A stretch of 63,808 nt of DNA, counting the filler, from Octopus bimaculoides (taxonomy: Eukaryota), in NCBI RefSeq assembly GCF_001194135.2. It is 4 parts of 4 records of this genome, joined end to end, with 100 filler letters (N's around TTAATTAATTAA, not from the genome) between each part and the next. Parts side by side here need not be neighbours in the genome. Positions count along the whole stretch, not along the records: positions 1 to 29,976 come from NC_069009.1; positions 30,077 to 60,002 come from NC_069005.1; 2 more parts are not named here. One strand, written 5' to 3'. The notes under the pieces were generated by a model. That model made no database searches. It was not told where the DNA came from and saw only the letters and a list, made by a program, of their open reading frames with translations. This document shows positions 26,345 through 39,594 of this stretch, piece after piece. Made by a program: the position numbers and the translations under genes. Position 1 is the stretch's first letter; every line of letters starts with the position of its first letter.

Positions 26345-27195
26345 AATTGATGGTGATGGTGATTGCAACAACAGTGATGGTTACGTTGTTGATGGTGATG
26401 AAAGCAATGGTTATGATGACAATGACAACAATAATAATGATGATGAGCATGGGGAAGGTAGTGGTGGTGGTGGTGGTGGTGGTGGTGGTGACGATAAGCA
26501 TAATGCTGATGATAGTGGTTGTGATGATGATGATGATGATGATGATGATGACGAAGAAGAGGCTGAAGTGGACAATGACAAAGCAAGCAATGATTTAAGC
26601 AATGATTATGATGACGATGATGATGATGATGATGACAGCAATGTTGATGGTGATGGTGTTGGCGACGATGACAACAATGGTAATGATATTTATGATAATG
26701 GTGATGATAGTGATGTGGATGACCATAGTAACCACAAAAGTGACAATGACGATGACGATGATGATGACGAAAAAATTATGACAACGATGATGATGATGAT
26801 GATGTCGATGACGATTATGATGTTTGTGATGATGATGATGATGACAATTATGATGATGATGATGATGATGACGATGATGATGACAAAAAAGTTATGACAA
26901 TGATGATGATGGTGATGACAATGATGACGATAATGATGGTGAGGACAATGGTGGTGGTGGTGATGACAATGATGGTGATGTTAATGATGACCACGTTGGG
27001 TGATGACAACGACAACAATGATGATGAGGATGATGATAACGAGGAGGCGGAGGAGGGGAAAGAAAAGGAGGAAAGAGGGGAAGTGGAAGAGGAGGAGCGG
27101 AGGGGAGGAAGAGAGAAGGATGTTCATGCTGACAATGATTGTGATGATGACGATGATTGTGATGATGACAATCGTGATGGTGACGACTGTATCAG
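26345..27195. repeat. (GAT/GGT/GAC)n degenerate trinucleotide tract
   Basis: Direct reading; source of the poly-M/poly-D ORFs. Confidence 0.9.
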
Positions 27196-27857
27196 TTCCC
27201 AGTTTTCCTTTACTTACTCATACATCCCACAATGCCTCACTTCCATCGACCCCCAACACACACACATACACATCCACACCCCAACCCATCCCACCCCGGC
27301 CACCATCCCTCCTGTTCCGCCTTCCCCCCCACCTCTTCAATTNNNNNNNNNNNNNNNNNNNNNNNNNNNNNNNNNNNNNNNNNNNNNNNNNNNNNNNNNN
27401 NNNNNNNNNNNNNNNNNNNNNNNNNNNNNNNNNNNNNNNNNNNNNNNNNNNNNNNNNNNNNNNNNNNNNNNNNNNNNNNNNNNNNNNNNNNNNNNNNNNN
27501 NNNNNNNNNNNNNNNNNNNNNNNNNNNNNNNNNNNNNNNNNNNNNNNNNNNNNNNNNNNNNNNNNNNNNNNNNNNNNNNNNNNNNNNNNNNNNNNNNNNN
27601 NNNNNNNNNNNNNNNNNNNNNNNNNNNNNNNNNNNNNNNNNNNNNNNNNNNNNNNNNNNNNNNNNNNNNNNNNNNNNNNNNNNNNNNNNNNNNNNNNNNN
27701 NNNNNNNNNNNNNNNNNNNNNNNNNNNNNNNNNNNNNNNNNNNNNNNNNNNNNNNNNNNNNNNNNNNNNNNNNNNNNNNNNNNNNNNNNNNNNNNNNNNN
27801 NNNNNNNNNNNNNNNNNNNNNNNNNNNNNNNNNNNNNNNNNNNNNNNNNNNNNNNNN

Positions 27858-27898
<41 letters not shown>

Positions 27899-28539
27899 CA
27901 TATATATAATATACTTATATATATATATACATATAATATATATATATATATACAAATATATATTTATATATACATATACATATAATATGTATATATACAT
28001 ATAATATATATATACATATAAATATATATATACACATAATATGTATATATATATCTACATATGTATATACATATATATATATAATACATATATACACATA
28101 TATATAATATATACATACATATATATGCATATATATATAATGTATATATATATATATATATACATGTAAGTATATATATACATATATAGTATATATACAT
28201 ATGCATATATATATAATATATATATACATATATATATATACATACACATATATATACATACATATAAATATATATATGCATATACATATATATAATACAC
28301 ATATAGATATCTACAAATATATGTAAATGTATAACTTATATATATACACTCCACTCACATGTGTGTTCATATACATATATACACAGGTGGATATATATAT
28401 ATTCACATATACATTGAAACCCCAAAACACACACACACACACACATATACATACATACATACATATATATGTGTATATACTGTTTTGACACTGGCCCTAC
28501 CTGTTCTATTACCTCACACGCCAGTAACACATCTAACGG

Positions 28540-28620
28540 TAACTCTTCTACTACCACAACTACTGCTAATACTGCTTCTACTACCACTGCAATCTATACC
28601 ACTACAGCTACCACCACCCT

Positions 28621-28661
<41 letters not shown>

Positions 28662-28928
28662 ATACCACTACTACTACCACTACTACCGCTACTACTACCG
28701 CTACTACTACCACTACTACTACTACTACCACCACTACCACCACCACCACCACTACTACCACTACTTCTGCTACTACTAACTCTACTACCACCACTTCCAC
28801 AACAAGTACGACTACTACTGCTACCACCACCACCACCACTACAACTACTAATAACTACTACCACTACTACTACTACTACCATCACTGCCACTACTACTAC
28901 CACCACTACGACCATCAACAACAATAAC
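28540..28928. repeat. (TAC/CAC)n degenerate trinucleotide tract
   Basis: Direct reading; source of the poly-T/poly-L/poly-V ORFs. Confidence 0.9.
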
Positions 28929-29000
28929 CATGAGAGAAGGGATCCCACCTGTGGTTGTGAACCCCTGCTAAAAATGGGAGCTGTCAGGCCTCCCTTCATA

Positions 29001-29425
29001 CTCTTTACTCTTTTACTCTTTTACTTGTTTCAGTCATTTGACTGCAGCCATGCTGGAGCACCGCCTTTAGTCGAGCAAATCGACCCCAGAATTTATTCTT
29101 TGTAAGCCTAGTACTTATTGTATCGGTCTCTTTTTGCTGAACCACTAAGTTACGGGGATGTAAGCACACCAGCATCGGTTCTCAAGCGATATTGGGGGGA
29201 CAGACACAGACACACAAACATACACACACACACACATACATATATATATATGCATATATATAACAGGCTTCTTTCAGTTTCTGTCTACCAAATCCACTCA
29301 CAAGGCTTTGGTCAGCCTGAGGCTATAGTAGAAGACACTTGCCCAAAGTGCCACACAGTGGGAATGAACCCGGAACCATGTGGTTTGGTAAGCAAGCTAC
29401 TTACCACACAGCCACTCCTATGCCT
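29001..29425 (-). mobile_element. family A SINE, full length
   Basis: (tactctt)n tail at the left, head at the right. Confidence 0.9.
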
Positions 29426-29429
29426 AAAT

Positions 29430-29660
29430 TATATAAAAATATCTTGAAATACTAAAGAATAAATTTATTCAATAAAATCGCCATTGGCTTCAACGATGGC
29501 CTCCAGGAGTCTTCAGAATCTCCTGCAACACTTCTGGACGGTCTCCTTGTTGATGAACGCTGCCATAATTCTTGCCTTCAGTTCATCTTTGGTGTTACAA
29601 GGAGTTTTGGTGGTCTCTCGCTCAAGTGCGCCCCACACATAATAATCAAGGGGGTTGCAG
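29430..29660 (-). mobile_element. Tc1/mariner maT-like (DD37D) transposase C-terminal remnant
   Basis: 29659-29465 reads CNPLDYYVWGALERETTKTPCNTKDELKARIMAAFINKETVQKCCRRF*RLLEAIVEANGDFIE*. The NPLDYxVW and EANGxxxE termini are characteristic; one in-frame stop. Confidence 0.8.
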
Positions 29661-29699
29661 TTTGAAAGAAGTCCATTGCATATATATGTGAGTGTGTGA

Positions 29700-29900
29700 G
29701 TTTGTGTGTCTGTGTTTGTCAGCCCACCATCGCTTGATAATCAACGTTGGTGTGTTTACGTCCCTGTAACTTAGCAGTTCGGCAAAAGAGACTGATAGAA
29801 TAAGTACTATGCTTAAGAAGAATAAATCCTGGGGTTGATTTGTTCGACTAAAGGCGGTGCTCCAGCATGGCTGCAGTCAAATAACTGAAAGATATAACAA
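29700..29900 (+). mobile_element. family A SINE 3' part
   Basis: tgtttacgtccctgtaacttagc...ggcggtgctccagcatggc. Confidence 0.8.
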
Positions 29901-30020
29901 AGAAACAATAGAAAAAGACAAACACACACACAAACACATATTTATACAGATGTTGATATATATATATGCATATATANNNNNNNNNNNNNNNNNNNNNNNN
30001 NNNNNNNNNNNNNNNNNNNN

Positions 30021-30032
30021 TTAATTAATTAA
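30021..30032. other. assembly gap spacer TTAATTAATTAA (also at 60047-60058 and 62608-62619)
   Basis: Each sits exactly in the centre of a 44N+12+44N = 100-bp gap. Palindromic, with stops in all six frames. Confidence 0.9.
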
Positions 30033-30076
30033 NNNNNNNNNNNNNNNNNNNNNNNNNNNNNNNNNNNNNNNNNNNN

Positions 30077-30356
30077 TTCAAGCGAGATCGTTGCCAGTGC
30101 CCCTGGACTGGCTTGTGCGGGTGGCACATAAAAGACACCATTTCGAGCGTGGCCGTTTTCGTGCGGGTGACACGTAAAAGCACCCACTACACTCTCTGAG
30201 TGGTTGGCGTTAGGAAGGGCATCCAGCTGTAGAAACTCTGCCAAATCAGACTGGAGCCTGGTGTTGCCATCCGGTTTCACCAGTCCTCAGTCAAATCGTC
30301 CAACCCATGCTAGCATGGAAAGCGGACGTTAAACGATGATGATGATGATGATGATA
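30077..30356 (+). mobile_element. family B SINE (young copy) with (GAT)n tail
   Basis: Matches the rc of 17636-17893. Confidence 0.85.
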
Positions 30357-30814
30357 TATATATATATATGTTTATTCATATGTATATGTATACACACATA
30401 TATAAAGAACCATATATATCTATATATATATATATACATTTCGTGACAGTCTTCATCTATGCAAATTCCCTTGGGCGTGGTATAAAATACAATAATGATA
30501 TTAAGATTGTGATGATAATAATATTAATCATATTTATAATAATGTTCTGTAATTCCATTTATATATAGATTACACTCTATGAATATAAAATGACACAAAT
30601 AGTTGACTGGTATTTATTTTATTGAACCCCAGAATGGGAAATTGATTTCAACAAAATTTATTTTAATTTAGCACCAGTTTAGTAGGAGATATGGAAGGAA
30701 TTTCTACCATGTTTCGTGGTCTGCTATCACAACAGCTCCTTTATAGGATCCAGTTAGCTCAAGACATCATCAGGAGGAACCACGTTCGGTTTTGGCCCCT
30801 ACTCCTCTACCGTT

Positions 30815-31227
30815 GAGCTTTCTGAATCTTCTCCTCAGTCGTGGAGGTTGATGGGCATTCTGCTCCCTCTTCTAAGTTACACTTGTCTGGCCACTTCTAA
30901 ACTCCATGATCCACTCATATACACTTCTACATGATAGTGCACTGTCCCCGTATTGTGCTAAAAGTCTCTGATGATTTTCAGCATCTGACACACCTTTCGA
31001 CCAGAGAAATCGGACCACTACCCTTTGTTCTTCTTCGGTGCACGTTGCTAGTGGAGTGGCCATGCTTACACTATAAACCCAGAAAGAAAAATGGCACAAT
31101 CCGGCTCAAACTTCAGTCATGTGGCCACAATATTAACAACTGTATGCATGCATATGCAGAAGGCAGTGTGACAATAATAAAGATGTGTTATGGTGAGTGC
31201 GGATAATTTTTGACTTCCTGTCATGTA
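30815..31227 (-). mobile_element. mariner transposon 5' part (left TIR, UTR, N-terminal HTH)
   Basis: MATPLATCTEEEQRVVVRFLWSKGVSDAENHQRLLAQYGDSALSCRSVYEWIMEFRSGQTSVT is a mariner HTH region. TIR-like tacatgacaggaagtcaaaaattatccgc on the minus strand. Confidence 0.85.
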
Positions 31228-31373
31228 TGTATGTGTGTGTGTGTGAGAAGGTATATATATATNNNNNNNNNNNNNNNNNNNNNNNNNNNNNNNNNNNNNN
31301 NNNNNNNNNNNNNNNNNNNNNNNNNNNNNNNNNNNNNNNNNNNNNNNNNNNNNNNNNNNNNNNNNNNNNNNNN

Positions 31374-31406
<33 letters not shown>

Positions 31407-31736
31407 AGGATAATATGGTTTGAAATTATTTACTTACAACAACTTTACATGTGTTTCAGAGACAATTATAAATGGACTACGCCCATAGAAAACCAGAAGT
31501 ACAAAATTGATACAATCCCATCACACACACTCACACACATACACACACACTTTCTTCTCAACTACCTTTTCTCATTCATTCTCCTTTTTCGCTTTCCTTG
31601 TTTATCTTCCTCATAATGAAGGTTTAGCATCTGAAACATCAAGACTCGTTCACTTCTTTTTAAGTGTTAAGCTCATATAATATTTACTGCATTTCTTAAA
31701 GCTTGTCTTTCAGTGCTCACTGCCATTGTATCTATC

Positions 31737-31789
<53 letters not shown>

Positions 31790-32625
31790 GTCTGTCTGTC
31801 TGTCTATGTATGTATGTATAATGTTGAAATGCCTGTTAAGTACAGTATTTTGAAATCCTTAATCCTTATGCAAGCATGAAGATATTACAGTGTCCAATAA
31901 CTATATAGCGTAAATTACATTTTTCATCTTAGTGGAACTGTGAGATAGCATTTTAGAGGATGCAAAAGAGAGGGAAAATATACACTTTATCAAAATTGTT
32001 TTTCGGAATAAAGCTATTAACCATGTCTTTAAAATCCTCCGCAAGAACTCTGTTATTCTTCATATATAGAATAAACATTTAAGAGATTATATCACCAAGA
32101 ACTGCGTTCTCATTCCATTTGCAATGACAATACTTGTGCGAATCTGTATTCAGTTTCTTTTTATCAATCACGACAAAATCTCAGAAGCACCTAAATCCAC
32201 AGGCAGACTTGTGGATTGCAGGCCAAAAGAAAGTCCCATGTTTTTTTTAATGTCATAACTGTGAAGTAGGATTAAAGAAGTTATTGGACTATATTTTTCT
32301 TGATTGTGATTGATTTTCTCTCTCTTTCATTCTCTCTCCATCTATTTGTCTGTCTCTCCCCAACCCCCTCTCTCCATATTTTTAAAAGTCCTTGTGAAAA
32401 TTACTTGATACAGTTTTACTAAGTATAAAAAAAGATTTTTAAAAAAGTTAAAAAAAAAAAAAAAAAAATTCTTTACCAGAACATCACTAACCTTTGTGTA
32501 TACACACAAAAACATACATACACACATATATATACGAGTCTATATGTATATAAAATTTGAGGGTATAATTATAATCCAGACTGGCACCCCTTGTTAGCAC
32601 TTCATGTATAAACCTGGTTTGTGTA

Positions 32626-32879
32626 GCATTCAGTTAACCTTTTGCATTCAGTTAACCTTTTGCATTCAGTTAACCCTTTGTCAAATGCAATACTTGTTTA
32701 TTCACATTGTTTGAATTAATCATGCATTACCTCATAGCTTTGTTATTTTGATGACATGATTGCTTATTTGTAGAATGACATTGTAGGGTAGGTGTGAGAG
32801 ATCGGACCTGGCCAATTTGAACATAAAACAGGTAGAATATTCTGGCCAGATATAGTTAGTTTGAATACTAAAGGGTTAA
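32626..32879 (-). mobile_element. piggyBac-like MITE (TTAA-CCCTTT ends)
   Basis: Ends ttaaccctt.../...aaagggttaa; rc homolog of 50986-51652 and 54965-55188. Confidence 0.7.
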
Positions 32880-34884
32880 ACTGCAATAGATTGGAAAAGG
32901 AACACTTTGAAAATCCAAAGTATTGTTCAATATGCGTAAAATATGCTTCACTGATTGTATAACAATAATTAAAACGAGGAAATGAGAAATTTAAATTGAT
33001 GCCAGGATTTCTAGTTGCTCAGTTTACATTTACATTTTTGTTTACTCGAATGGAAGTTTATTTTCTTTTCATTTGAATCTGTTCCCACATAGTGCTGTAT
33101 GTATTTCAGTTTGAGAAAAATGAAATGTATTAGTTATTAATTAAGTTAACTTTTACATCTTTTAATGTCTATTGATTCAATTGGAGATCTGGATTTGTGG
33201 TTAAAAAGTTCCATTCCCAGTCATGTGTTTCAGGTTCAGTTCCACTGCATGGCACTGTTTAGTACTGTTGGTTTGGGCTGACCAAAGCTTTGTGAGTGTA
33301 TTTGATAGATGGAGACTAAAGGAACCCTGCATATGTTTGTGTGTACGAGTGTTTGTCTCGACAACTCATGATAGTTGTAAATGGGTGTTACTGTCATATG
33401 AACAGTGCCAGTCATATTCAATATTCAGTGAGAACATGTCTAGATGTGGGGAAGTATTGCCTTGCTTGGAAACAGGTGAGTGTTGGTGACAGGAATAGCA
33501 TCCAGCCATACAAAATTTTACTCTGTCTGAATAAGTGCAAGCATGAAAAAGTGGACGAAACAATAATGATGATGATGTAAAAAAAATTAATCAAATATGT
33601 CCTAAGGATATTGGGTATTGAAAAGATTGGTCAAGCTGACTTTACGACCAGATGACCATCTAGTTCTGACCCTCCAGTGTTTTATTATTATTATCTTTTT
33701 TGTTCCAGAGACAGTACATTTAGGATCACATTATCTAATGTAGAGTAGTATAGTTTGCATGAAGCATTGTCTGATATAGAAAAATGCTTTTTTTTTATGA
33801 CCAAGACAATGAAGTCGATGATTTATATCTTTTACCCTGTGTTTTAATATTTTGGGGTTTGAATTCCTTCTTCATGAAATCTTCAGAGATGTGTGTTGTG
33901 AGCAGACCTCAAGGTTTCCTAAAGAGATTCTGACCTAAAAATAGTGAAATGCAATGTAAAGAGTACAAACAGTACCGTCGACTTGTATTATTTCTTACAA
34001 CTTGTATTGTCTTAGCTTTAAAAGAAAGTTTAAAAAACAATTATTTAATGTATTTGTTTGTTTTGTTTTAAAATAGCAAGGTCATAAATCGCAAGTGATT
34101 TTTTTTTGTTTTATTTTTAGCATATCGAATCACCACATAGTGGTTTCCTCATTCACTTTTAGATTTATTTAAATAATGATACTGGTGTGGTATTGGCCAA
34201 ATAAAAGAATGTGTATTACTACGTGTTTCAAAATAAGAGAAGAGGAATCCGAAGAGATGGAGAAGGGGAGACAGGAGAATAGATAAAATTGATAAGTATT
34301 TTGTTGTCAATAGTATATAAATACCATGTTACTTGCCTTAATGTATGTATGTGTGTTTGTATGTATACATATATATATATATATATGTCATGCTACAATG
34401 TACTATAAACCTCTGAATACAAACCTAATCCAAAGGATAGCTTGTATAATGAAAAGCTTCCTGGGGAAGGAAGTATTGTATGTAAGGTACGTGTTTGTGT
34501 GTGCATGAGTGTGCAATGTGTATGCTTGAGTGCATGTGTATGTGTGAAAGAGAGAGAGAGAGAGCATGTGTGTGTGTGTGTGTGTGTATACTTGGCATTT
34601 AACATGAAAATCCTGAATCAAGTTGCTAATCATGGTGACTATGTTTAGGGAGAGAGAGAGAGAGAGAGGGGGGGAGGAGGAGAGAGAAGGGGCAGGAAGA
34701 GATTCATCGAATTTGGAAAGCTTAATCTATTTATTTAATCTATTTTTCTTATTTTGGGTTTCTTTAGAATTGGTAGCTTTGAACTGGAATTTGCTCATTT
34801 GCTTCAATCACTGTCTGTCTTTACACTCTCTCTCTTTCTATACCTATCCCCCCTCTCTCTCTCTCTGTATATAAATATATATAT

Positions 34885-35001
<117 letters not shown>

Positions 35002-35155
35002 TATATATATATATACACACACACACACACCTATCACTTTCTATATCTCTCTCCCACTCTTTATATAAAACTATCTCTTTCTCTCCCTCTCTTTTTCTCT
35101 CTCCTTTAATATAAACCTCTTTGTGTCTCCCCCTTTATATATACATCTCTCTCTT

Positions 35156-35200
<45 letters not shown>

Positions 35201-35503
35201 GCATTGCCAGCAATCTGAACAGTGGTGCTCTGCTGCCAACACCATCACACATCTACCTCAGTCAGCCACTAACCATGACCATCCACACCACCATGCCACC
35301 ACTAACAACAACAACAACAACATTGATTTACTGCTGCTTGCATTGATTTACTATTCATATATATATCCTTGGAGTTGACCCTAATTTGTGTATCGTAAAT
35401 TGATTCATGCATTCCAATGTTAGAAGACCTCCACGAATATATATATATATATATATATATATACTTACACACACAGACACGTATGTATACATATACACGT
35501 GTA

Positions 35504-35537
<34 letters not shown>

Positions 35538-35700
35538 CATGTGTGTGTGTGTTTATATATATATATATACATATATACATATGTGTGTGGGTGTTGCAAC
35601 TCATGCAACCATGGAAAAGTGGACATTAAAATGATGATACACATACACACACAGATAACATATTTATATACACTTGTATACAGACACACAGACACATATC

Positions 35701-35739
<39 letters not shown>

Positions 35740-36054
35740 ACACAAAGCATCAGCCTTCCCAGTTCTTTATCAAGTTAGAGATGTGGGGTGGAGTACAGTG
35801 GAGATTAGCAATCAGATTGTGGTGGGGGAGTTGACAGCTGAAGACTATTAAAGGCCAGAGGTTATGCCCATATGCTGAACTCCAGGCCAAATCAGAGTTT
35901 AAAATGAAACTATTCATTCACGGGCCTTTTAACATTTCTTAATAATGGGGCCACCAATATAGTATACTGTAGTAGATTAGAGCCAAACAGCAGCATTGTA
36001 GATGTAGGATAGTGTAATGCTGGCATTGCTCTGAGGAAGTATTTATAAATGTAG

Positions 36055-36415
36055 GCATTGTTGTGTGGTTACGAAGCTCACTGTGTTACTTCATGGTTTC
36101 GGATTTAGTCTCACTGCGTAGTACCTTGGGCAAGTGTCTTTTAACCAATGCTTTGTGAGTGGTTTTGGTAGATGGAAACTGAAAGAAGCCTATCATATAT
36201 ACATATATATGGGTGTGTGTATGTATAAACTTGTGTGTGTGTGTGTTTCCCCTCCCCCACCATCACTTGACAACCGATGTTGGTGTGTTTATCTCCCCGT
36301 AATTTACTGGCTTCACAAAAGAGACCAACAGAATAAGTAGTAGGCTTACAAAGAATAAGTCCTAGGGTCAATTTCTTAAACTAAAAACCTTTTACGGTGG
36401 TGCTCCAGCATGGCC
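36055..36415 (+). mobile_element. family A SINE (diverged, full length)
   Basis: Head, ccttgggcaagtgtc core and ggtggtgctccagcatggcc tail are recognisable. Confidence 0.75.
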
Positions 36416-36434
36416 TGTCATATATGTGTATATA

Positions 36435-36478
<44 letters not shown>

Positions 36479-36779
36479 NNNNNNNNNNNNNNNNNNNNNN
36501 NNNNNNNNNNNNNNNNNNNNNNNNNNNNNNNNNNNNNNNNNNNNNNNNNNNNNNNNNNNNNNNNNNNNNNNNNNNNNNNNNNNNNNNNNNNNNNNNNNNN
36601 NNNNNNNNNNNNNNNNNNNNNNNNNNNNNNNNNNNNNNNNNNNNNNNNNNNNNNNNNNNNNNNNNNNNNNNNNNNNNNNNNNNNNNNNNNNNNNNNNNNN
36701 NNNNNNNNNNNNNNNNNNNNNNNNNNNNNNNNNNNNNNATATATATATATATATATATACATCTATATATATATCATAA

Positions 36780-37350
36780 TCATCATCATCACCCTTTTAA
36801 CGTCTGTTTTTCATGGTGGCATGGGTTCGACGTTTTGACCAGAGCTCGCAAGCCAAAGAGCTGCCCCAGAGTCCAGTTTGATTTAGCTTCCTTTCTACAT
36901 CTGGGTGCCCTTCCTGACGTCAACCATTTTACAGAATGTGCTGGTGCCTCTCACGTAGCCCTGGCATGGGTGCTTTTACAGGATGCTGGCACCAGGCTTT
37001 TGCAGACCAATCCTCTTCATCAGGGGGAGTGGCATTAACACTTCTGCTGTGGAGTATAGATCTTCTTGAGTATGACAAGGTGCCAGATATCTTGGTCCTT
37101 TGTCATCTCCTCTGTAAGGTTCAGTGTCTTGAGACCGTCCTTTAGTATATCATCATCGTTTAACGTCCGCTTTCCATGCTAGCATGGGTTGGACGATTTG
37201 AATGATCCAGATGGCTACACCAGGCTCCAGTCTGATTTGGCAGAGTTTCTACAGCTGGATGCCCTTCCTAACGCCAACCACTCCGAGATTGTAGTGGGTT
37301 CTTTTACGTGCGACCGGCACGAAGGCCAGTCCAGCAGTACTGGCAACATA
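36780..37350 (-). mobile_element. two family B SINE copies (36780-37140 old, 37148-37350 younger)
   Basis: Both start with (CAT)n tttaacgtc. Confidence 0.7.
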
Positions 37351-38100
37351 TATATATGTGTATGTGTGTGTGTGTGTGTGTATGAGTGTGTCACTGTATT
37401 TGTCCCTCTTCACCAAATGACAACACGTGTTTTTCTTTTTTTTATGTCCTTTTAACTTAACAGTTCAGCAAAATAGTATCAGTATCCAAATTTATAAAAG
37501 CCAAAAATAGTAGTGCCAGTTTGTCTGACTAAACTCTTTGAGGCACTACCCCAGTGTGGCCACAGTCCAATTACTGAAGCAACCAAAAGAAAAGATAAAA
37601 GGAATATTTATTTCTGTCTTTTTTTTTTCCTTTATTTATTTATTTTTTTGTTTTTTGACATGTCATTTTTCAACCAATGTTTATTTGCTCTTTGAACTGT
37701 TTGCACTCTTCATTTAAATGAAGAGGTTTGGCTGGTTGATTCTTCTTTGGATTGTAATGAAATTATGGGGCAGGGTAGTAGGTGAGGTTTCTCTTTTTTT
37801 CTTTTTCTTGTTTTTCTTTTAGTTTTTTTAGTTTTCTTTCTGCCTGTTTTATTTTTATAAGTTAGTTGTAATTTTCAAATAACAGATGTCTTGATTGGAA
37901 AGTGGAGATACTTGGCAACAACTTCAAACCAGTTTAAAAGATGTATGTGTGAGAATGTGTGTGTGTATATGTGAGAATGTGTGTGTGTATGTGTGTTTCT
38001 ATGAATATATATGAGAGCATGTATTTAAGTATGTATGTATACATAAATATCTGTCTATCTACCTACCTACCTACCTACCTGCCTACCTATCTATCTATGG

Positions 38101-38225
38101 AGGCACAGGTGTGACTGTGTGGTAAGAAGTTTGCTTCCCTACCACATGGTTTCAGGTTCAGTTCTTCTGTATGGCAAGTGTCTTCTACTGTAGCCTTAAG
38201 ACGACCAAAGACTTGTGAGTATTTG
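38101..38225 (+). mobile_element. family A SINE 5' part
   Basis: aggcacaggtgtgactgtgtggtaag head. Confidence 0.75.
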
Positions 38226-38229
38226 AACA

Positions 38230-39101
38230 CTGCTTCTTTAAAGCAGCGTTTAAATGCTCTAATTGCTGACAGTAGATTTGAGCATTGATTGTTGCATTAG
38301 ATGGTAGCAACTCAAAGTGGATGATTCCTTTGCAATCCCACCAAACAGAGAGAAGAACCTTCTTTGCATGGAGTTCCCTTTTCAGTTGTGATTGGGCCTT
38401 TTCCCCTTCACCAATCCGATGTCTACAATGCTTAACATTTTGATGAAAGACCCATTTTGCATCACCGGTCACCAGTCTGTCTAAAAGGAGTGAGCTGAGT
38501 CCATGAGAACAAAGGGAAGAGAAGGTGTTCACCTGGGATTTGTGGTTGGTTTCAGATAAATCATGAAGTTACCATTTTCTGAGTTTGGGGGACCTTTCCA
38601 AGCTGTTGAAGATGGCAGTGAACAATTGTATGACTTGAACAAAGCTTGTTTGCCAATTCTTTGACTGGAACTGCAAGATCTTTTTCAAGTTCTATCAAAA
38701 GGCACTTGACATCAAACTTAATTGGATGTCTTGTTTGGGCCTCATCTTCAAGGCTGAAATCTCCACTTCTGAATTTTACCCACCATTTTCTGCAAGTTCT
38801 TACATTCAGGCACTCTTCTCCATAAGTTGAGTGGATATTTTAAGTCACTTAAGCTGCAGAGTTTCCCTTTTTAAACCATGAAGTGTTATATGCCTCAAAT
38901 GCACCTTAGACACTTCCATGTTTGAAGAGCTATAGTTCGTGAAATTTCAATTAGATTATTCTGCAAAGTGAAATTTAATTAGTTTACATATCCAAATACA
39001 TATAAATATTACTTGATACCATTAGACATTCTAAAATACTGTTAAAGCATTCACAAATTGAAAATATAGAAGTCTGGACATCACTATGGGATGATCTAAT
39101 A
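38230..39101 (-). mobile_element. mariner (DD34D-type) transposon, 3'-truncated, frameshifted transposase
   Basis: TIR-like tattagatcatcccatag at 39101; ATG at 38919 MEVSKVHLRHI...; STYGEECLNVRTCRKWWVKFRSGDFSLEDE; LDRLVTGDAKWV...HAKKVLLSVWWDCKGIIHFELLP...YCQQL. Confidence 0.9.
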
Positions 39102-39102
39102 T

Positions 39103-39129
39103 ATCTATCTATCTATCTATCTATCTATG

Positions 39130-39164
<35 letters not shown>

Positions 39165-39165
39165 G

Positions 39166-39213
<48 letters not shown>

Positions 39214-39225
39214 CATCCATCCATC
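39103..39225. repeat. (CTAT)n microsatellite
   Basis: Direct reading. Confidence 0.9.
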
Positions 39226-39227
39226 CA

Positions 39228-39505
39228 TCATCATCATCATCATCGTTGTTTAACGTCTGCTTTCCATGCAAAATGAGCTGGATTGTTTGACTGAGAACTG
39301 GCAGGCCAAGAGGCTGTACCAGGCACCAATCTGATTTGGCAAAGTTTTTACAGCTGGTCACCCTTCCTAATGCTAACAACTCCAAGAGTGTAGTGAGTGC
39401 TTTTTATGTGCCACTGGGCATGGGTGCTAGTCAGGTAGCACTGGCATCGGCCATGACAACGATCTCACTTAGCTTGCTGGGTCTTCTCAAACGTGGCATA
39501 TCTCC
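39228..39505 (-). mobile_element. family B SINE (diverged)
   Basis: (CAT)n tttaacgtctgctttccatgc...cccttcctaatgctaac. Confidence 0.75.
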
Positions 39506-39563
39506 AAAGGTCTATATATATACATACACACATGCATGCGTGCACACACACACACAATTATAT

Positions 39564-39594
<31 letters not shown>

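Noticed and set aside
30021-30032. TTAATTAATTAA islands inside N runs (also 60047-60058 and 62608-62619), resembling PacI or piggyBac sites
   Set aside because: All three are centred in identical 44N+12+44N gaps, so they are assembler-inserted spacers, not biology.
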